A stretch of DNA of 64,000 nt. Origin: an uncultured bacterium (GTDB taxonomy: Bacteria; Acidobacteriota; Thermoanaerobaculia; Multivoradales; JAHZIX01). The position numbers and the translations under genes were made by a program. The DNA is taken from NCBI GenBank assembly GCA_965368975.1, contig CBDUPA010000001.1, positions 288,001 to 352,000 of the forward strand, read 5' to 3'. Positions 48,090-57,780 of this stretch are shown here, one piece after another (position 1 is the first letter of the stretch; each line of letters opens with the position of its first letter). The notes below the pieces were generated by a model that was not told the DNA's origin, made no database searches, and saw nothing but the letters and a program-made list of their open reading frames with translations.

Positions 48090-48580
48090 TTCTGAACCTC
48101 CCGGTAGCGATCGTGCTTCAAGGTGCGGATGCGGTCGAGGATGACGGAGAGCAGCAGTAGGACGCCGCCGGTGAGGCCACTGACGATCAGCAGCTTGGGC
48201 AGCAGCGGTCCCGGCTCGTGCAGCAGTTGCCACAGGCCGAAGCCGGTACTGATGAAGAACCAGAGGGCGACGAGCCACCAGCCGAGGTGACGGGACAGGT
48301 GGCTGAGTCTGCCGCGCGGTGCCTCGTCCCACTGATCGTCGGGCGGAAGGTCGAAGTGTGTGCTCATGGTGGTTTCTCGCAAGTGGGTCAGATCGTGGAG
48401 CAGGGTGCGGCAGGCGGCGCAATCTTCGAGATGAAGGCGCACGCGTTGCTCGTCCTGCTGGGTGAGAACACCATCGAGATAGCCGGACAGCAGGGCTTCG
48501 TCGAAGCCGCGCCGGCAGCTGGAGGTTGCCGTGGATGCTGCGCGCGTCGGAACTGGGGGCGGTGTCGAGGTCTCACGCAT
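48086..48580 (-). CDS. zf-HC2 membrane anti-sigma factor
   Basis: LLSGYLDG..HLEDCAAC; two TM helices. Confidence 0.88.
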   Translation of the reverse strand: MRETSTPPPVPTRAASTATSSCRRGFDEALLSGYLDGVLTQQDEQRVRLHLEDCAACRTLLHDLTHLRETTMSTHFDLPPDDQWDEAPRGRLSHLSRHLGWWLVALWFFISTGFGLWQLLHEPGPLLPKLLIVSGLTGGVLLLLSVILDRIRTLKHDRYREVQK

Positions 48581-49199
48581 GGTCGTCTCCTTGCAGCTCC
48601 TGGCGCAGGCACTGCCGCGCGGCGTGCAGTCGCGACATGACGGTGCCCATCGGAATGCCCAGGACGCGCGCGATCTCGGCGTAGCTGAGGTCGTGGAAGT
48701 CCCGCAGTACCAGGATCTCGCGCTTGGCTTCGGGCAGCCTGGCCAGCGCTCGCCACAGCTGGCGGCGCAGTTCTGCCCGCTGCGCCGCGGCCTCGGGGTC
48801 TTCGGTGCCCGCGACGGGCTCGAGCAGCTGGCTGCTCAGTGCGTCGTCGAGCGACTCGGCGCGCCGCCGCTGCCGGCGCCGCCACAGGTCGTGGACGCGG
48901 TTGCGCACGATGCGCAGCAGCCAGGGACGCACCGGCCGTGCGGCGTCGAAGCGGTGCAGGGTGTGGAAGAAACGCAGCATGGCGTCCTGCGCCACGTCGA
49001 GCGCGTCGTCGCGGTTGCCGAGCAGCTGCAGGGCCAGCAGGTAGGCGTCGCGGCGATGATGCTCGGCCAGGGTCTCGCATGCCTGGGCCTGGCCCGCGCG
49101 TGCCTGCTCGACGAGCTGACGTTCGGTAGTCTCCCGCTCGCAGGGTTCGAGCTGCGCGGCAAGGCGTGGAGGAGTGGCCAGGGCCATCTCGGTGTTCAT
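48573..49199 (-). CDS. ECF RNA polymerase sigma factor
   Basis: DALDVAQD, WLLRIVRN, LSYAEIARVLGIPMGTVMSRLHAAR. Confidence 0.93.
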   Translation of the reverse strand: MNTEMALATPPRLAAQLEPCERETTERQLVEQARAGQAQACETLAEHHRRDAYLLALQLLGNRDDALDVAQDAMLRFFHTLHRFDAARPVRPWLLRIVRNRVHDLWRRRQRRRAESLDDALSSQLLEPVAGTEDPEAAAQRAELRRQLWRALARLPEAKREILVLRDFHDLSYAEIARVLGIPMGTVMSRLHAARQCLRQELQGDDHA

Positions 49200-49359
49200 A
49201 TCTCAGCCTACGCACCAGGGCCGGAGTTTATTCGTGCGAAGTGTTGGAGGAGTGGTCGAATCGTAGCACTTCTGCCGCTGCCGCTTCGGACCGCGGGTAG
49301 GGGAGCGCGTGATATCGTCGCTGGGTTCAGTGAGTTGCAACCCACGAAGCGAAGGCGGT

Positions 49360-52300
49360 ATGGCGTCAACAGCAAGAGGCGCATCGACATCCGGGAATGT
49401 GGTCGCGGCCGAGCGTGAGCCGGTGGCGGAGCTGCGGGAGCACGAAGCTCGTGAGGAGCCTGCCGAGGGCGAGCAGCGATTTGACGACGACCCGCACGCC
49501 GATCCTCGCAGTGCCAGCTTGCCGACCTCGGCGCCGACTTTCCTAGAGGTCCCGCCGGCGAGTGCTGGCTCGCGAGCTGCCAACCCCGGAGCCTTTCGAG
49601 CCGGGCGCCGCGAGCGCGTGCCGGCGCTGGCGTACGGTGACAGCCTCGCCGACGACCTTCCGGACCCGTACGATCAGGAACCCGACGCGCGTGCTGACAG
49701 AGCCCGTCCGGGTGCGCGACCACCAGCTGCCGCACCTGTGGCTAGTGCACCGATGGCTAGTGCACCGACGGAATCTTTGGCGGCGGCTCCGGAAGATCTG
49801 GTACCAGGAGCGACACTTGGCCAGTATCGCTTGATCGAGCAGCTCGGCGCTGGCGGTATGGGCGAGGTCTACCGGGCGCACGATACCGAGCTGCAGCGCG
49901 ACGTGGCGCTAAAAGTGGTGCAGGCGTCGCTGGCCAGCAACAGCGCGGCCATGACCCGCTTCCGCCGCGAGGCACGGCTGCTGGCGAGCGTCAACCACCC
50001 GAACATCGCCACCATTCACGGCTTCGAAGAGACGTCCGCAGGCGTGCGCTTCCTGGTCATGGAACTCGTCGAGGGCGAGACGCTGGACGCCCGCTTGCGC
50101 GGCGGTGGTCCGCTGCCGGCCGGCGACGCGATCCGCATCGGCGGTCAGATCGCCTCGGCGCTGGCGGCGGCGCACCGACGCGGCGTCATCCATCGGGATC
50201 TCAAGCCGGGCAACGTCATGCAGTCGCCGGAAGGCTGGGTCAAGGTTCTCGACTTCGGTCTCGCCAAGGCCCTCGGTGCCAATGTACGGGGTGCTGACGT
50301 GCGCGGCACCGACGTGCGCGGCGAGGCGCTGAGTTCGCTCACCGAAACCACCGACTCGCTACTGGTCACCGTCGAAGAATCGCTCACCGTCGGCCAGATG
50401 GGCACAGCGCCCTACATGAGCCCGGAGCAGATCCGCCAGGAAACCATCGACTCGCGCAGCGACATCTGGGCCTTCGGCTGCGTCCTGTTCGAGATGCTCA
50501 CCGGCCGCCGTCTGTTCACCGGTCGCAACCGCTTCGACACCTTCACCTCCATCCTGACGCAGGAACCGCTCTGGGAACTGCTGCCGCCGCGGACCCCCGA
50601 GCCGCTCAAAGAGCTTCTGCAGGCGTGCCTGCAGAAGGACCCGGCGGACCGCCCAGCGTCGATGAACGCGGTGCGCGACAAGCTGCACGAGATGGCCCAG
50701 CTGACGCCGCCGTCCGGCCTGGTGGTCACCGACGCCCCCTGGCAGTCGGCCGATGGCGTGGTCACCGGCCTCGGTGCCTCGGCCAGCTTCGTGCCCCCGA
50801 CCCCGATCCCGCGACGTCGTTGGTTCGCCGCTGCCCTCGTTGCCGCCATCGTGCTGACCGCCCTCGTCGTGGTCGCCGTGCTGCGCGGCTGGTTCGATGG
50901 CGGCAGCACTGGTGCCGGCTTCACGAACGTCGACTCGGTGGTGGTCATGCCCAGCCGCCTGCTCAACATCACGGAAGCTCCCTACCTGGCCGACGCCATC
51001 CCGCACACCATCTCCGGCCACCTGAGCCGCGTCCAGGGGCTCGAAGCCAAGCTGCCGCCCACCGCCTACGACATCGAACGCCTGGGCGGCGACGTCTCAC
51101 GCGTGGCGCGGGCCTACGAAGCCGAGACCATGGTGCTGTCGACCACCAGCATCCAGCAAGGACGCCTGGTCCTGGATCTGCAGCTGGTCGAGACCGGTAC
51201 CCGCAACCTGCTGTGGAGCCAGGTCTACCAGGGGGACCAGGAGGCCTTCCTCGACCTCGCCCGGCGCGCTGCCGAGGGCTTGCAGCAAGCTCTGCGTCCC
51301 GGCGCCGGCGGCCTGCGCTTCGATGCGCCGGTCGATCCAGGCGTCGAGATGCAGCTGCAACAGGGCCGCTACTACGCCAACCTCTACCGCAACCTGGGAC
51401 GCGAGAGCGACATGGCGCAGGCGCTGGCCGCCTACGAGCGGGCGCTCGAACTCGACCCCCGGCGTGCCGACACCGCCGGTGAGATCGCCGTCTTGCACAC
51501 CTTCAGCCTCGACCGTGGCGTCGCCATCGCCGAGGTGCAGGCGGAAGTCGAACGCTGGGCGCGCAAGGCCCTCGATCTCGACCCCAACTGCTCGAAGGCC
51601 TGGGCTGCCCTCGGTGAGATCGAGCCCGGCATTGATGACGAAAGCATGCGTCGCAAGCTCGAATACCTGCTGCGCGCCGCCACCTACGCCCCCTCGGACG
51701 GCTACGCCGCCAACCGACTGTCGGCGCCGCTCGCCTACCTCTCCTTCACTCTCGCCCTGGCTTCCAGTCGCGAAGCCTCGTCCGTCGACCCGCTGGTGCT
51801 GACCGCCCAGGTCTTCGAGGCCATGTGCCTGAGTGCCCTGGGCAACCAGCAAGGCGCCCTGGCGCGCGTCGAGCACGCGCTGAGCATCGAACCCGGTCTG
51901 CCGCTCGGCCTGCTCATCCGAGGCATGCTGCTCAGCTTCAACCGCCGCGACCAGGATGCCCTCGACTTCGTCGGTAGCGAACTCGAACCGCTGGTGGCGC
52001 AAGGCACGCTGAGCAAGGAATGGGTCGACTTGACTCGCGACCTCGCTCTCTTCGGCCAGGCTTCCGCCAACGGCGCCACCGCCACCGCCGACGCCGCCGC
52101 CGCGCGCCTGATCGCCATGGCCCGAGGCGAGGTGCCGTTCGCCCGCTGGCAGGGCGGCACCATGCAGGTCGCGGCGCACCTGGCGCGCTGGGGCCGTCAC
52201 GAAGACGCCGCCGAACTGCTGCGCTACCGCAGTCGCATGGACATCTTCCAGCCCTACGACTACCTGCTGCTGCTGCCCGAATTCGAACCCATCCGCGACA

Positions 52301-52461
52301 ACCTCATCTTCCGCGAAGCCCTCGCCGAGTCCCAAGCGCGCTTTGAGGACGCGTTGGCGATCCTCGAAGCAGCGCGCGCGCAGGGCGAGATGCCGGCCTA
52401 CCTGGAAGTACCGCTGTCCGACCTGATGCAGCGTATCGACGAGGCGGAGGTCGGCGTCTAG
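49360..52461 (+). CDS. Hanks-type Ser/Thr protein kinase with TM helix, TolB-like and TPR C-terminal region
   Basis: LGAGGMGEVY, VALK, HRDLKPGN, DFGLA, GTAPYMSPEQ, DIWAFG. Confidence 0.93.
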   Translation: MASTARGASTSGNVVAAEREPVAELREHEAREEPAEGEQRFDDDPHADPRSASLPTSAPTFLEVPPASAGSRAANPGAFRAGRRERVPALAYGDSLADDLPDPYDQEPDARADRARPGARPPAAAPVASAPMASAPTESLAAAPEDLVPGATLGQYRLIEQLGAGGMGEVYRAHDTELQRDVALKVVQASLASNSAAMTRFRREARLLASVNHPNIATIHGFEETSAGVRFLVMELVEGETLDARLRGGGPLPAGDAIRIGGQIASALAAAHRRGVIHRDLKPGNVMQSPEGWVKVLDFGLAKALGANVRGADVRGTDVRGEALSSLTETTDSLLVTVEESLTVGQMGTAPYMSPEQIRQETIDSRSDIWAFGCVLFEMLTGRRLFTGRNRFDTFTSILTQEPLWELLPPRTPEPLKELLQACLQKDPADRPASMNAVRDKLHEMAQLTPPSGLVVTDAPWQSADGVVTGLGASASFVPPTPIPRRRWFAAALVAAIVLTALVVVAVLRGWFDGGSTGAGFTNVDSVVVMPSRLLNITEAPYLADAIPHTISGHLSRVQGLEAKLPPTAYDIERLGGDVSRVARAYEAETMVLSTTSIQQGRLVLDLQLVETGTRNLLWSQVYQGDQEAFLDLARRAAEGLQQALRPGAGGLRFDAPVDPGVEMQLQQGRYYANLYRNLGRESDMAQALAAYERALELDPRRADTAGEIAVLHTFSLDRGVAIAEVQAEVERWARKALDLDPNCSKAWAALGEIEPGIDDESMRRKLEYLLRAATYAPSDGYAANRLSAPLAYLSFTLALASSREASSVDPLVLTAQVFEAMCLSALGNQQGALARVEHALSIEPGLPLGLLIRGMLLSFNRRDQDALDFVGSELEPLVAQGTLSKEWVDLTRDLALFGQASANGATATADAAAARLIAMARGEVPFARWQGGTMQVAAHLARWGRHEDAAELLRYRSRMDIFQPYDYLLLLPEFEPIRDNLIFREALAESQARFEDALAILEAARAQGEMPAYLEVPLSDLMQRIDEAEVGV

Positions 52462-52463
52462 CG

Positions 52464-53006
52464 CTAGTTCGTGCTCAGCCGCACGCTCTTGGGCTTGAAC
52501 GGTGCGGTGGGCTTGAACGGTGTGGGCTCGACGGTCGCGCTCGGGCTCGAGGGCCCGCCGCGACCAGGCTGCTGCGCCGCGGTGGGCTCCGCAGCCTGTT
52601 GACCGCGACGGTAGAGGAACTTGACGGCGCGGACTTCCTTGCCCGTGCTCGTCGTCTTCACTTCGACACGGTCCATGAGCCCGAAGAGCAAATTCTTCTG
52701 GCCGCACGGGCGCGTGAGCGGGCTTCCCGGTCCCTGTCGGTCACTGCGGATGGTGACTTCCAGGCGGTCGACGTAGAGGTGGACGCGCACTTCGGCGTCG
52801 CCGTTGACGTCCGTGCTGCGACGACCGGGGCGTAGCGTGTAGTGGAGGGCCTCGCGCAGGAACACTTCGAAAGTGTGGCGCTGCGTGCGGCTCAGTTGCA
52901 GGGTCTTGTGGATCCTGTGCATGGCGGCTACGGGCAGCGCTCGTTGCGGGGCGTAGCCGTCCACCTGGACTGTGACGTGAGGGGTCGGGAGGGGTGGGTA
53001 CGACAT
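52464..53006 (-). CDS. Degenerate RsbW/HATPase-like protein
   Basis: Aligns by eye to the RsbW at 28804 (LREAL.., LTRPCG..GLMDRVEV..EVRAVK) but lacks the N-box Asn and the GRG. Confidence 0.6.
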   Translation of the reverse strand: MSYPPLPTPHVTVQVDGYAPQRALPVAAMHRIHKTLQLSRTQRHTFEVFLREALHYTLRPGRRSTDVNGDAEVRVHLYVDRLEVTIRSDRQGPGSPLTRPCGQKNLLFGLMDRVEVKTTSTGKEVRAVKFLYRRGQQAAEPTAAQQPGRGGPSSPSATVEPTPFKPTAPFKPKSVRLSTN

Positions 53007-53278
53007 ACTGCTACTTATAGCTGCTTGTGAATATCTTTGCAAGCCATGCGCGAATCGAATCGAGGGCAGGAGTGGAGAGGCGCGGCTATGCGCCCTTCAG
53101 AGCAAGAATGCGCCTCCAGGAGGGGGCCAGCTTGTCGAGTTCGTCGGTGTGCACCTGCACGCTGATCCGGTGCACCCTGCCTACGATCTTTGGGCGGAGG
53201 GCGGAGCGCCACGGCAAGCGGGCATGGGGTGGCGATGGTCGAAGTCCGGCAGTGGCGGCAAAGTACGCGATGGAGGAT

Positions 53279-53755
53279 CTAGTGGCTGAAGTCCCCTTGC
53301 AGCAACCTGCGCAATAGCTGGGGTGCCACGCGGAAGTTTGTTTGCCGCAATCGCTCTACCACGGTTGGCAGGTCTACCCATCCTCCCATCGCTGCCTGCC
53401 CGAGAATGCCCACCAGACCTACCATCTGCAAGCCCAGTGCACGAGCTGCCCGGCGTGCTGCCTTTTCGTCAAGCGCCGCCGTCGCCGATAGCACGGCAGC
53501 TAACTCGATCACCGCCCGCTCACCGTCGTGCAAGTTCTCCAATCCCGGTAGCTGAGACTCGGGGTTTGGGTAGATCTCCAGCCACGGAGGCGGAGCAGCG
53601 ATCCACTTGGCCGTCGCGGCCGGGGCATGTGGGTGCAGCAGCTCTAGGTGGACAGCTTCCGGGATCAAGACGCGGGAGAAGAGCCGAGGCAGGATTTCGA
53701 TCGTGTCGATCGCACAGAGATTGGAAATCACCGAGGTGTCGAAGACACCGATCAT
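53279..53755 (-). CDS. DUF3368 PIN-like toxin
   Basis: VFDTSVI, IPEAVHLEL, LHDGERAVI, LDEKAARRAA, GLVGIL. Confidence 0.88.
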   Translation of the reverse strand: MIGVFDTSVISNLCAIDTIEILPRLFSRVLIPEAVHLELLHPHAPAATAKWIAAPPPWLEIYPNPESQLPGLENLHDGERAVIELAAVLSATAALDEKAARRAARALGLQMVGLVGILGQAAMGGWVDLPTVVERLRQTNFRVAPQLLRRLLQGDFSH

Positions 53756-54018
53756 GCCGACGCGGCGGCCCGGAAGGTCGCCAAGTCGGCTTGTAGGTCG
53801 TCCTCGGTGTAGTCGAGATGGGCTCCGGCCTCCTTCAGAAAGGCTTCCAACTCGAAGCGCGACGCCAACCCTAGTGCCCGCTGGACCTGGGCAGCGGTGA
53901 TCACCCCACGGCGGTACGCGTCGACGGTCAGAGCCTCTAGAGCGTGACGAGCGAGGTCACGCCACTGGTCAGCGAGCTGGTGGGCGATGTCGTCGGGTAG
54001 GGAGATGGAAACGTTCAT
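53752..54018 (-). CDS. UPF0175 family antitoxin
   Basis: LEALTVDAYRRGVIT..LGLASRFELEAFL..LDYTEDDLQAD; overlaps the toxin gene. Confidence 0.88.
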   Translation of the reverse strand: MNVSISLPDDIAHQLADQWRDLARHALEALTVDAYRRGVITAAQVQRALGLASRFELEAFLKEAGAHLDYTEDDLQADLATFRAAASA

Positions 54019-54217
54019 GGGACCTCCTGTTGCAGGTTAGTGTACCAGTGGCCAGGCGCAGGAGGCCCCTACATGCAGAAGTCAGCTCCCTGTCACCGGG
54101 TACGGTGTTGCAGCTGCAAGCCGTCATCTCCTCTCCCATCCCTCAGCCTCTGCTAGCATGCTCGCACTTCGATCTCGGACTCAACGCCTGATCACAGGCG
54201 ACAGGGAGGAACGCGCG

Positions 54218-55327
54218 GTGCCGAAGAAGACTCCACCTCAGCCGGAAGCGCAGCAGATGCCGAATCAAGTTCCCGGGCAGATGCCCGGCATGCCTCAGAT
54301 GCAACCGGGTATGCAGCCCGGTATGGGTGGCAACCCGATGATGCAGATGATGCAAATGATGCAGATGATGATGGGGGGCGGCGGCATGCCCTCGATGGCG
54401 GTGGATCCGTCGTCCTTGCCCTTCGCGGGGGGTGGTCAGCAGGCGGTCGATGATAGGGACCCGGGGCTGGAAGCGGAGATCATCCGGCCGGCGACGCTGA
54501 CCGAGCGGATCCGCACCCAGCAGGCGCTGACGCTCGGCTCGGTGCTTGATCGATTGTGCCTGACCGAGGACGGCTCGACGTCGCTCGGCGGCGTGCCGAT
54601 GGGCTGCACGATGGCGTTCGCGGGACCGCCGGGCAAGGGCAAGACGCGCAGCGCGCTGGCGGCGCTGGTCAACGTGGCGCTGGCGGGGCACAAGGTGGCC
54701 TTCGTGGTGGCCGAGGAGGGCTTCCACAGCGACGAAGACTTCGGCCGCGACGACCTCTGCTCGCGGCTGGTCAAGCTGGGCATGCAGGTCTCGGGGCTGA
54801 AGGAGAAAGCCTTCGCGGACAAGGTACTGGCCAACATGTACGTGCTCGAGAGCCAGTACCACAAGAGCCAGACCTGGGACGACTTCATCCACCGCTACCG
54901 CTACCTGGTGGAAAAGGAAGAAATCGACTTCGTGGTCATCGACTCGCTCAACATGCTCGACCCGAGCAAACAGCGCACGGCCGACAATCTGGCGGCGCTC
55001 AAGACCTACAACCACGACCACGGTGTGACCTGCATCTGCATCGGCCAGATCCGTGACACCGGCTCGCCGGTGGGGGGCGAGGCGTTGCAGCACACGGCGG
55101 ACGCGGTGTTCCTGATCGAGGAGCTGAGCCTGACGTCGAAGGACATGGCGGAGCAGTGGGGCGGCAAGTACCGCGAGAAGATCGAGGTGATCCGCGCGGT
55201 CAAGAGCGTCACGACGCCGATTTTCCCGCACCCGCTGCGCGTGGCGCAGGATCCGGCGAACGGCGTGCTGCAGCCGCACGAGGCGCAGCCGGAAGAGTAC
55301 GCGCTACCGCCGGTCGCCAAGGGCTGA
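54218..55327 (+). CDS. Single-domain KaiC/RAD55-like RecA-superfamily ATPase with Q/M-rich N-terminus
   Basis: GGAGGA SD with GTG start; LGGVP, GPPGKGKT, VAEE, VVIDS, GQ, GGEALQHTADAV. Confidence 0.85.
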   Translation: MPKKTPPQPEAQQMPNQVPGQMPGMPQMQPGMQPGMGGNPMMQMMQMMQMMMGGGGMPSMAVDPSSLPFAGGGQQAVDDRDPGLEAEIIRPATLTERIRTQQALTLGSVLDRLCLTEDGSTSLGGVPMGCTMAFAGPPGKGKTRSALAALVNVALAGHKVAFVVAEEGFHSDEDFGRDDLCSRLVKLGMQVSGLKEKAFADKVLANMYVLESQYHKSQTWDDFIHRYRYLVEKEEIDFVVIDSLNMLDPSKQRTADNLAALKTYNHDHGVTCICIGQIRDTGSPVGGEALQHTADAVFLIEELSLTSKDMAEQWGGKYREKIEVIRAVKSVTTPIFPHPLRVAQDPANGVLQPHEAQPEEYALPPVAKG

Positions 55328-55343
55328 AGGGCAGCGGGTAGCA

Positions 55344-57311
55344 ATGGCGCCAACGGCGACAAGCCCACGGCTGCAACAGGTCGGCCTGGAGCAGATCCGG
55401 GGCTGGTACCGGGGTCTCGATGGCCTGGAACGGCTGCGCCGTGGCGGTGTGGGGCGACGCGTGCCCGACGAGCACTTCCTGGCCGACGAGCTCAAGGTGC
55501 CGCCGCACGTGGCGTTCCTGGTGCAGCAGGCGCCTGAACTCGACCTCGAGACGCTGGCGTCGATCCCGTTCTACAGCCTCTGCCGTGGCCTGCTGCTGCC
55601 GCTCTCTGGCCTGACACTGGAGCGCAGCGCCGCCTTCTTCGGCTTGCAGGCGCCGGCACCGCCGAGCACGTCCGAGCGCGAGGAAGTGCTGCGACGCTTC
55701 CTGCAGCGCGACCTCGGCTTGACGCAGCTGCAGAAGCTGGCCTGCCTGCTGGGCGATCCGTTCGAGGGCAAGCCGCCACGTCTGCGCCGCGACAGCCTGC
55801 TGCGCTTGTTGCAGTCCGAGGGGCTGGTGACGCGGCGCGAGTTGCTCGATCAGCTGACCCTGGTCGGCGACGTCGCGGTGCTGTTCGCACGCAGCCGTCC
55901 CGCGCTCCGGGCCGACCCCCAGCTGACGGCGGCGGAAGTGCTCGAGACTCTGCGCTGCCTGCCGGACGCTCGCCGCACGGTTCAGTTCGAGTTGCTGCGC
56001 TCGTTGCTCGAACGCTGCGGCAAGCTGGAGGCGTATTTCTTGGCACGGCTGATGGAGCGCCGCGCCGGGCTGCGCTACGAGAGCGAGCTGTTGGCGCGCC
56101 TGGTGGGCGAGCAGTTCGGCGTCGAGCCGGAAGCCGTCAGTCACGCGATGGCGCTTACCGACGCCTTCCACGTTGTGCGCCTGCTGCAACAGGACGGCGT
56201 CGAGGGCCTGCGGTCGATCCAGCTCCAGCCGCTGGTGCCGGTGCGGCCCGCCCTCGCCGGAGGCGAAGTCAAAGGAAGCGGCGCTAGTGGTGGCACCGAG
56301 TCGATCAAGCGCTTCCCCGTGTGGGTCGAGCGCAAGTACGACGGCATTCGCATGATGCTGCACAAGACCACCGACGCGCTCGGCTCAGTGCTGTGCGGCG
56401 CCTACAGCCGCAACCGGCGGGACTACCTGGAGCTGGTGCGCGGCCTCGACGCGGTGATCAAGATGCTGCCGGTGCGCTCGGCGATCGTCGACGGCGAACT
56501 CTACGGCACTATCGTCGACCTGCACGGTGCGCGACCGGCGCAGGTCTACGAGCTGTTCAGCGTCATTCAGGGCGACCTCAGCAGACCCGTGCAGCTGCGC
56601 TATGCGGCTTTCGACCTGCTCTACCTCGACGGCCACGACCTCACGGGGCTGCCGCTGTCCGAGCGTCGGCAGTACCTGTCCAACCTGATCGCGCCACTGG
56701 CGGTGTCGAGCTGGTTGCCGGTGCCGGTGACGCTGGCCGAAGGACAGATGGTGTCCGGCGGTGACGACGTCAAGCGTCTCTACCAGCACTTCCGCGCCCA
56801 GGGCTACGAGGGCATCATCAGCAAAGACCTCGACGCCCCCTATCGCCTGGCCAGTCGCGACCCGTCGTGGCTCAAGAAGAAACCCGAGATCACGCTCGAC
56901 CTGGTCTTGCTGGGCGCCGTGCTGGCGGTCACCACCAAAGAGAAGACCGGCATGTTCGGCTCCTACATCATCGCCGCACGCAGCGCTGAAGTCGGCTTTC
57001 TCGACGTCGGTGACGTCGCCGGTGTCGATTGCGAGCGCGACGCCCAGATCCAGCAGCTGATCATGAGTGAGGGCCTGCTCACCGGCCAACGCATCGAGCG
57101 CAAGGGCGCCGGCGGCGTGCGGCCGGGATTCGAGCTGATGCCGCACATCGTCGTTACCGTGCGCTTCGACGGCATCGTCAAGGATTCCACCACCGGAGTC
57201 CTCAGTCTGCGCGATCCCAAGCTGGTAGTGATCCGCCCGGACAAGACCGCCTTCGAAGCCGACACCGTCGAGTCGATCGAGCAGCTCTTCCTGCGCGAAC
57301 GGATGGGGTAG
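55344..57311 (+). CDS. ATP-dependent DNA ligase with N-terminal helical DNA-binding-like domain
   Basis: ERKYDGIR, VDGE, AFDLL, EGIISK, WLKKK, LDLV, LRDPKLVVIRPDK. Confidence 0.9.
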   Translation: MAPTATSPRLQQVGLEQIRGWYRGLDGLERLRRGGVGRRVPDEHFLADELKVPPHVAFLVQQAPELDLETLASIPFYSLCRGLLLPLSGLTLERSAAFFGLQAPAPPSTSEREEVLRRFLQRDLGLTQLQKLACLLGDPFEGKPPRLRRDSLLRLLQSEGLVTRRELLDQLTLVGDVAVLFARSRPALRADPQLTAAEVLETLRCLPDARRTVQFELLRSLLERCGKLEAYFLARLMERRAGLRYESELLARLVGEQFGVEPEAVSHAMALTDAFHVVRLLQQDGVEGLRSIQLQPLVPVRPALAGGEVKGSGASGGTESIKRFPVWVERKYDGIRMMLHKTTDALGSVLCGAYSRNRRDYLELVRGLDAVIKMLPVRSAIVDGELYGTIVDLHGARPAQVYELFSVIQGDLSRPVQLRYAAFDLLYLDGHDLTGLPLSERRQYLSNLIAPLAVSSWLPVPVTLAEGQMVSGGDDVKRLYQHFRAQGYEGIISKDLDAPYRLASRDPSWLKKKPEITLDLVLLGAVLAVTTKEKTGMFGSYIIAARSAEVGFLDVGDVAGVDCERDAQIQQLIMSEGLLTGQRIERKGAGGVRPGFELMPHIVVTVRFDGIVKDSTTGVLSLRDPKLVVIRPDKTAFEADTVESIEQLFLRERMG

Positions 57312-57321
57312 GATCCGAGCG

Positions 57322-57780
57322 ATGCGGCGCAAGACTCAACAACGAACCGCCATCCTGCAAGCCCTGGAAGACGCTGACCGTCCGCTGAGCCCGCAGGAGA
57401 TCCTCGATTCGGCACGCGAAGACACCCCGACGCTCGGCATCGCTACTGTCTATCGCAACATCCGCGTCCTGGTCGACGAAGATCACTTGCACGCCGTCGA
57501 TCTCCCCGGCGCCCCCAGCCGCTACGAACTGGTTGGCAAGGGCCACCACCACCACTTCCACTGCCGCCGCTGCGACCGCGTGTTCGAAGTCGAGGAGTGT
57601 CCCGGTCAGCTGTCCGACCTGCTGCCAGCCGGCTTCGAGCTGGAAGAGCACGAGATCATTCTCTACGGCCGCTGCCCGGACTGCGTGACGGGTGCCAGTG
57701 ATGCGAATGCCAGTGATGCGACTGCCAGTGATGCGAATGCCAGTGATGCGACTGCCAGTGATGCGGCCGCGTCGGCATGA
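57322..57780 (+). CDS. Fur family transcriptional regulator
   Basis: TQQRTAIL, LGIATVYRN, HHHHFHCRRC, LYGRCPDC. Confidence 0.92.
   Translation: MRRKTQQRTAILQALEDADRPLSPQEILDSAREDTPTLGIATVYRNIRVLVDEDHLHAVDLPGAPSRYELVGKGHHHHFHCRRCDRVFEVEECPGQLSDLLPAGFELEEHEIILYGRCPDCVTGASDANASDATASDANASDATASDAAASA
57693..57765. repeat. 15-bp coding repeat x5 (alternating ASDAN/ASDAT)
   Basis: tgccagtgatgcga(a/c). Confidence 0.92.

Noticed and set aside
54054-54072. Degenerate REP (aggcgcaggaggcccctac)
   Set aside because: Palindrome broken and no partner copy; at most a relic
54218-55327. Circadian KaiC clock
   Set aside because: Single ATPase domain and no kaiA/kaiB
55344-57311. NHEJ LigD/Ku system
   Set aside because: No polymerase or phosphoesterase domain, and no Ku gene in the window
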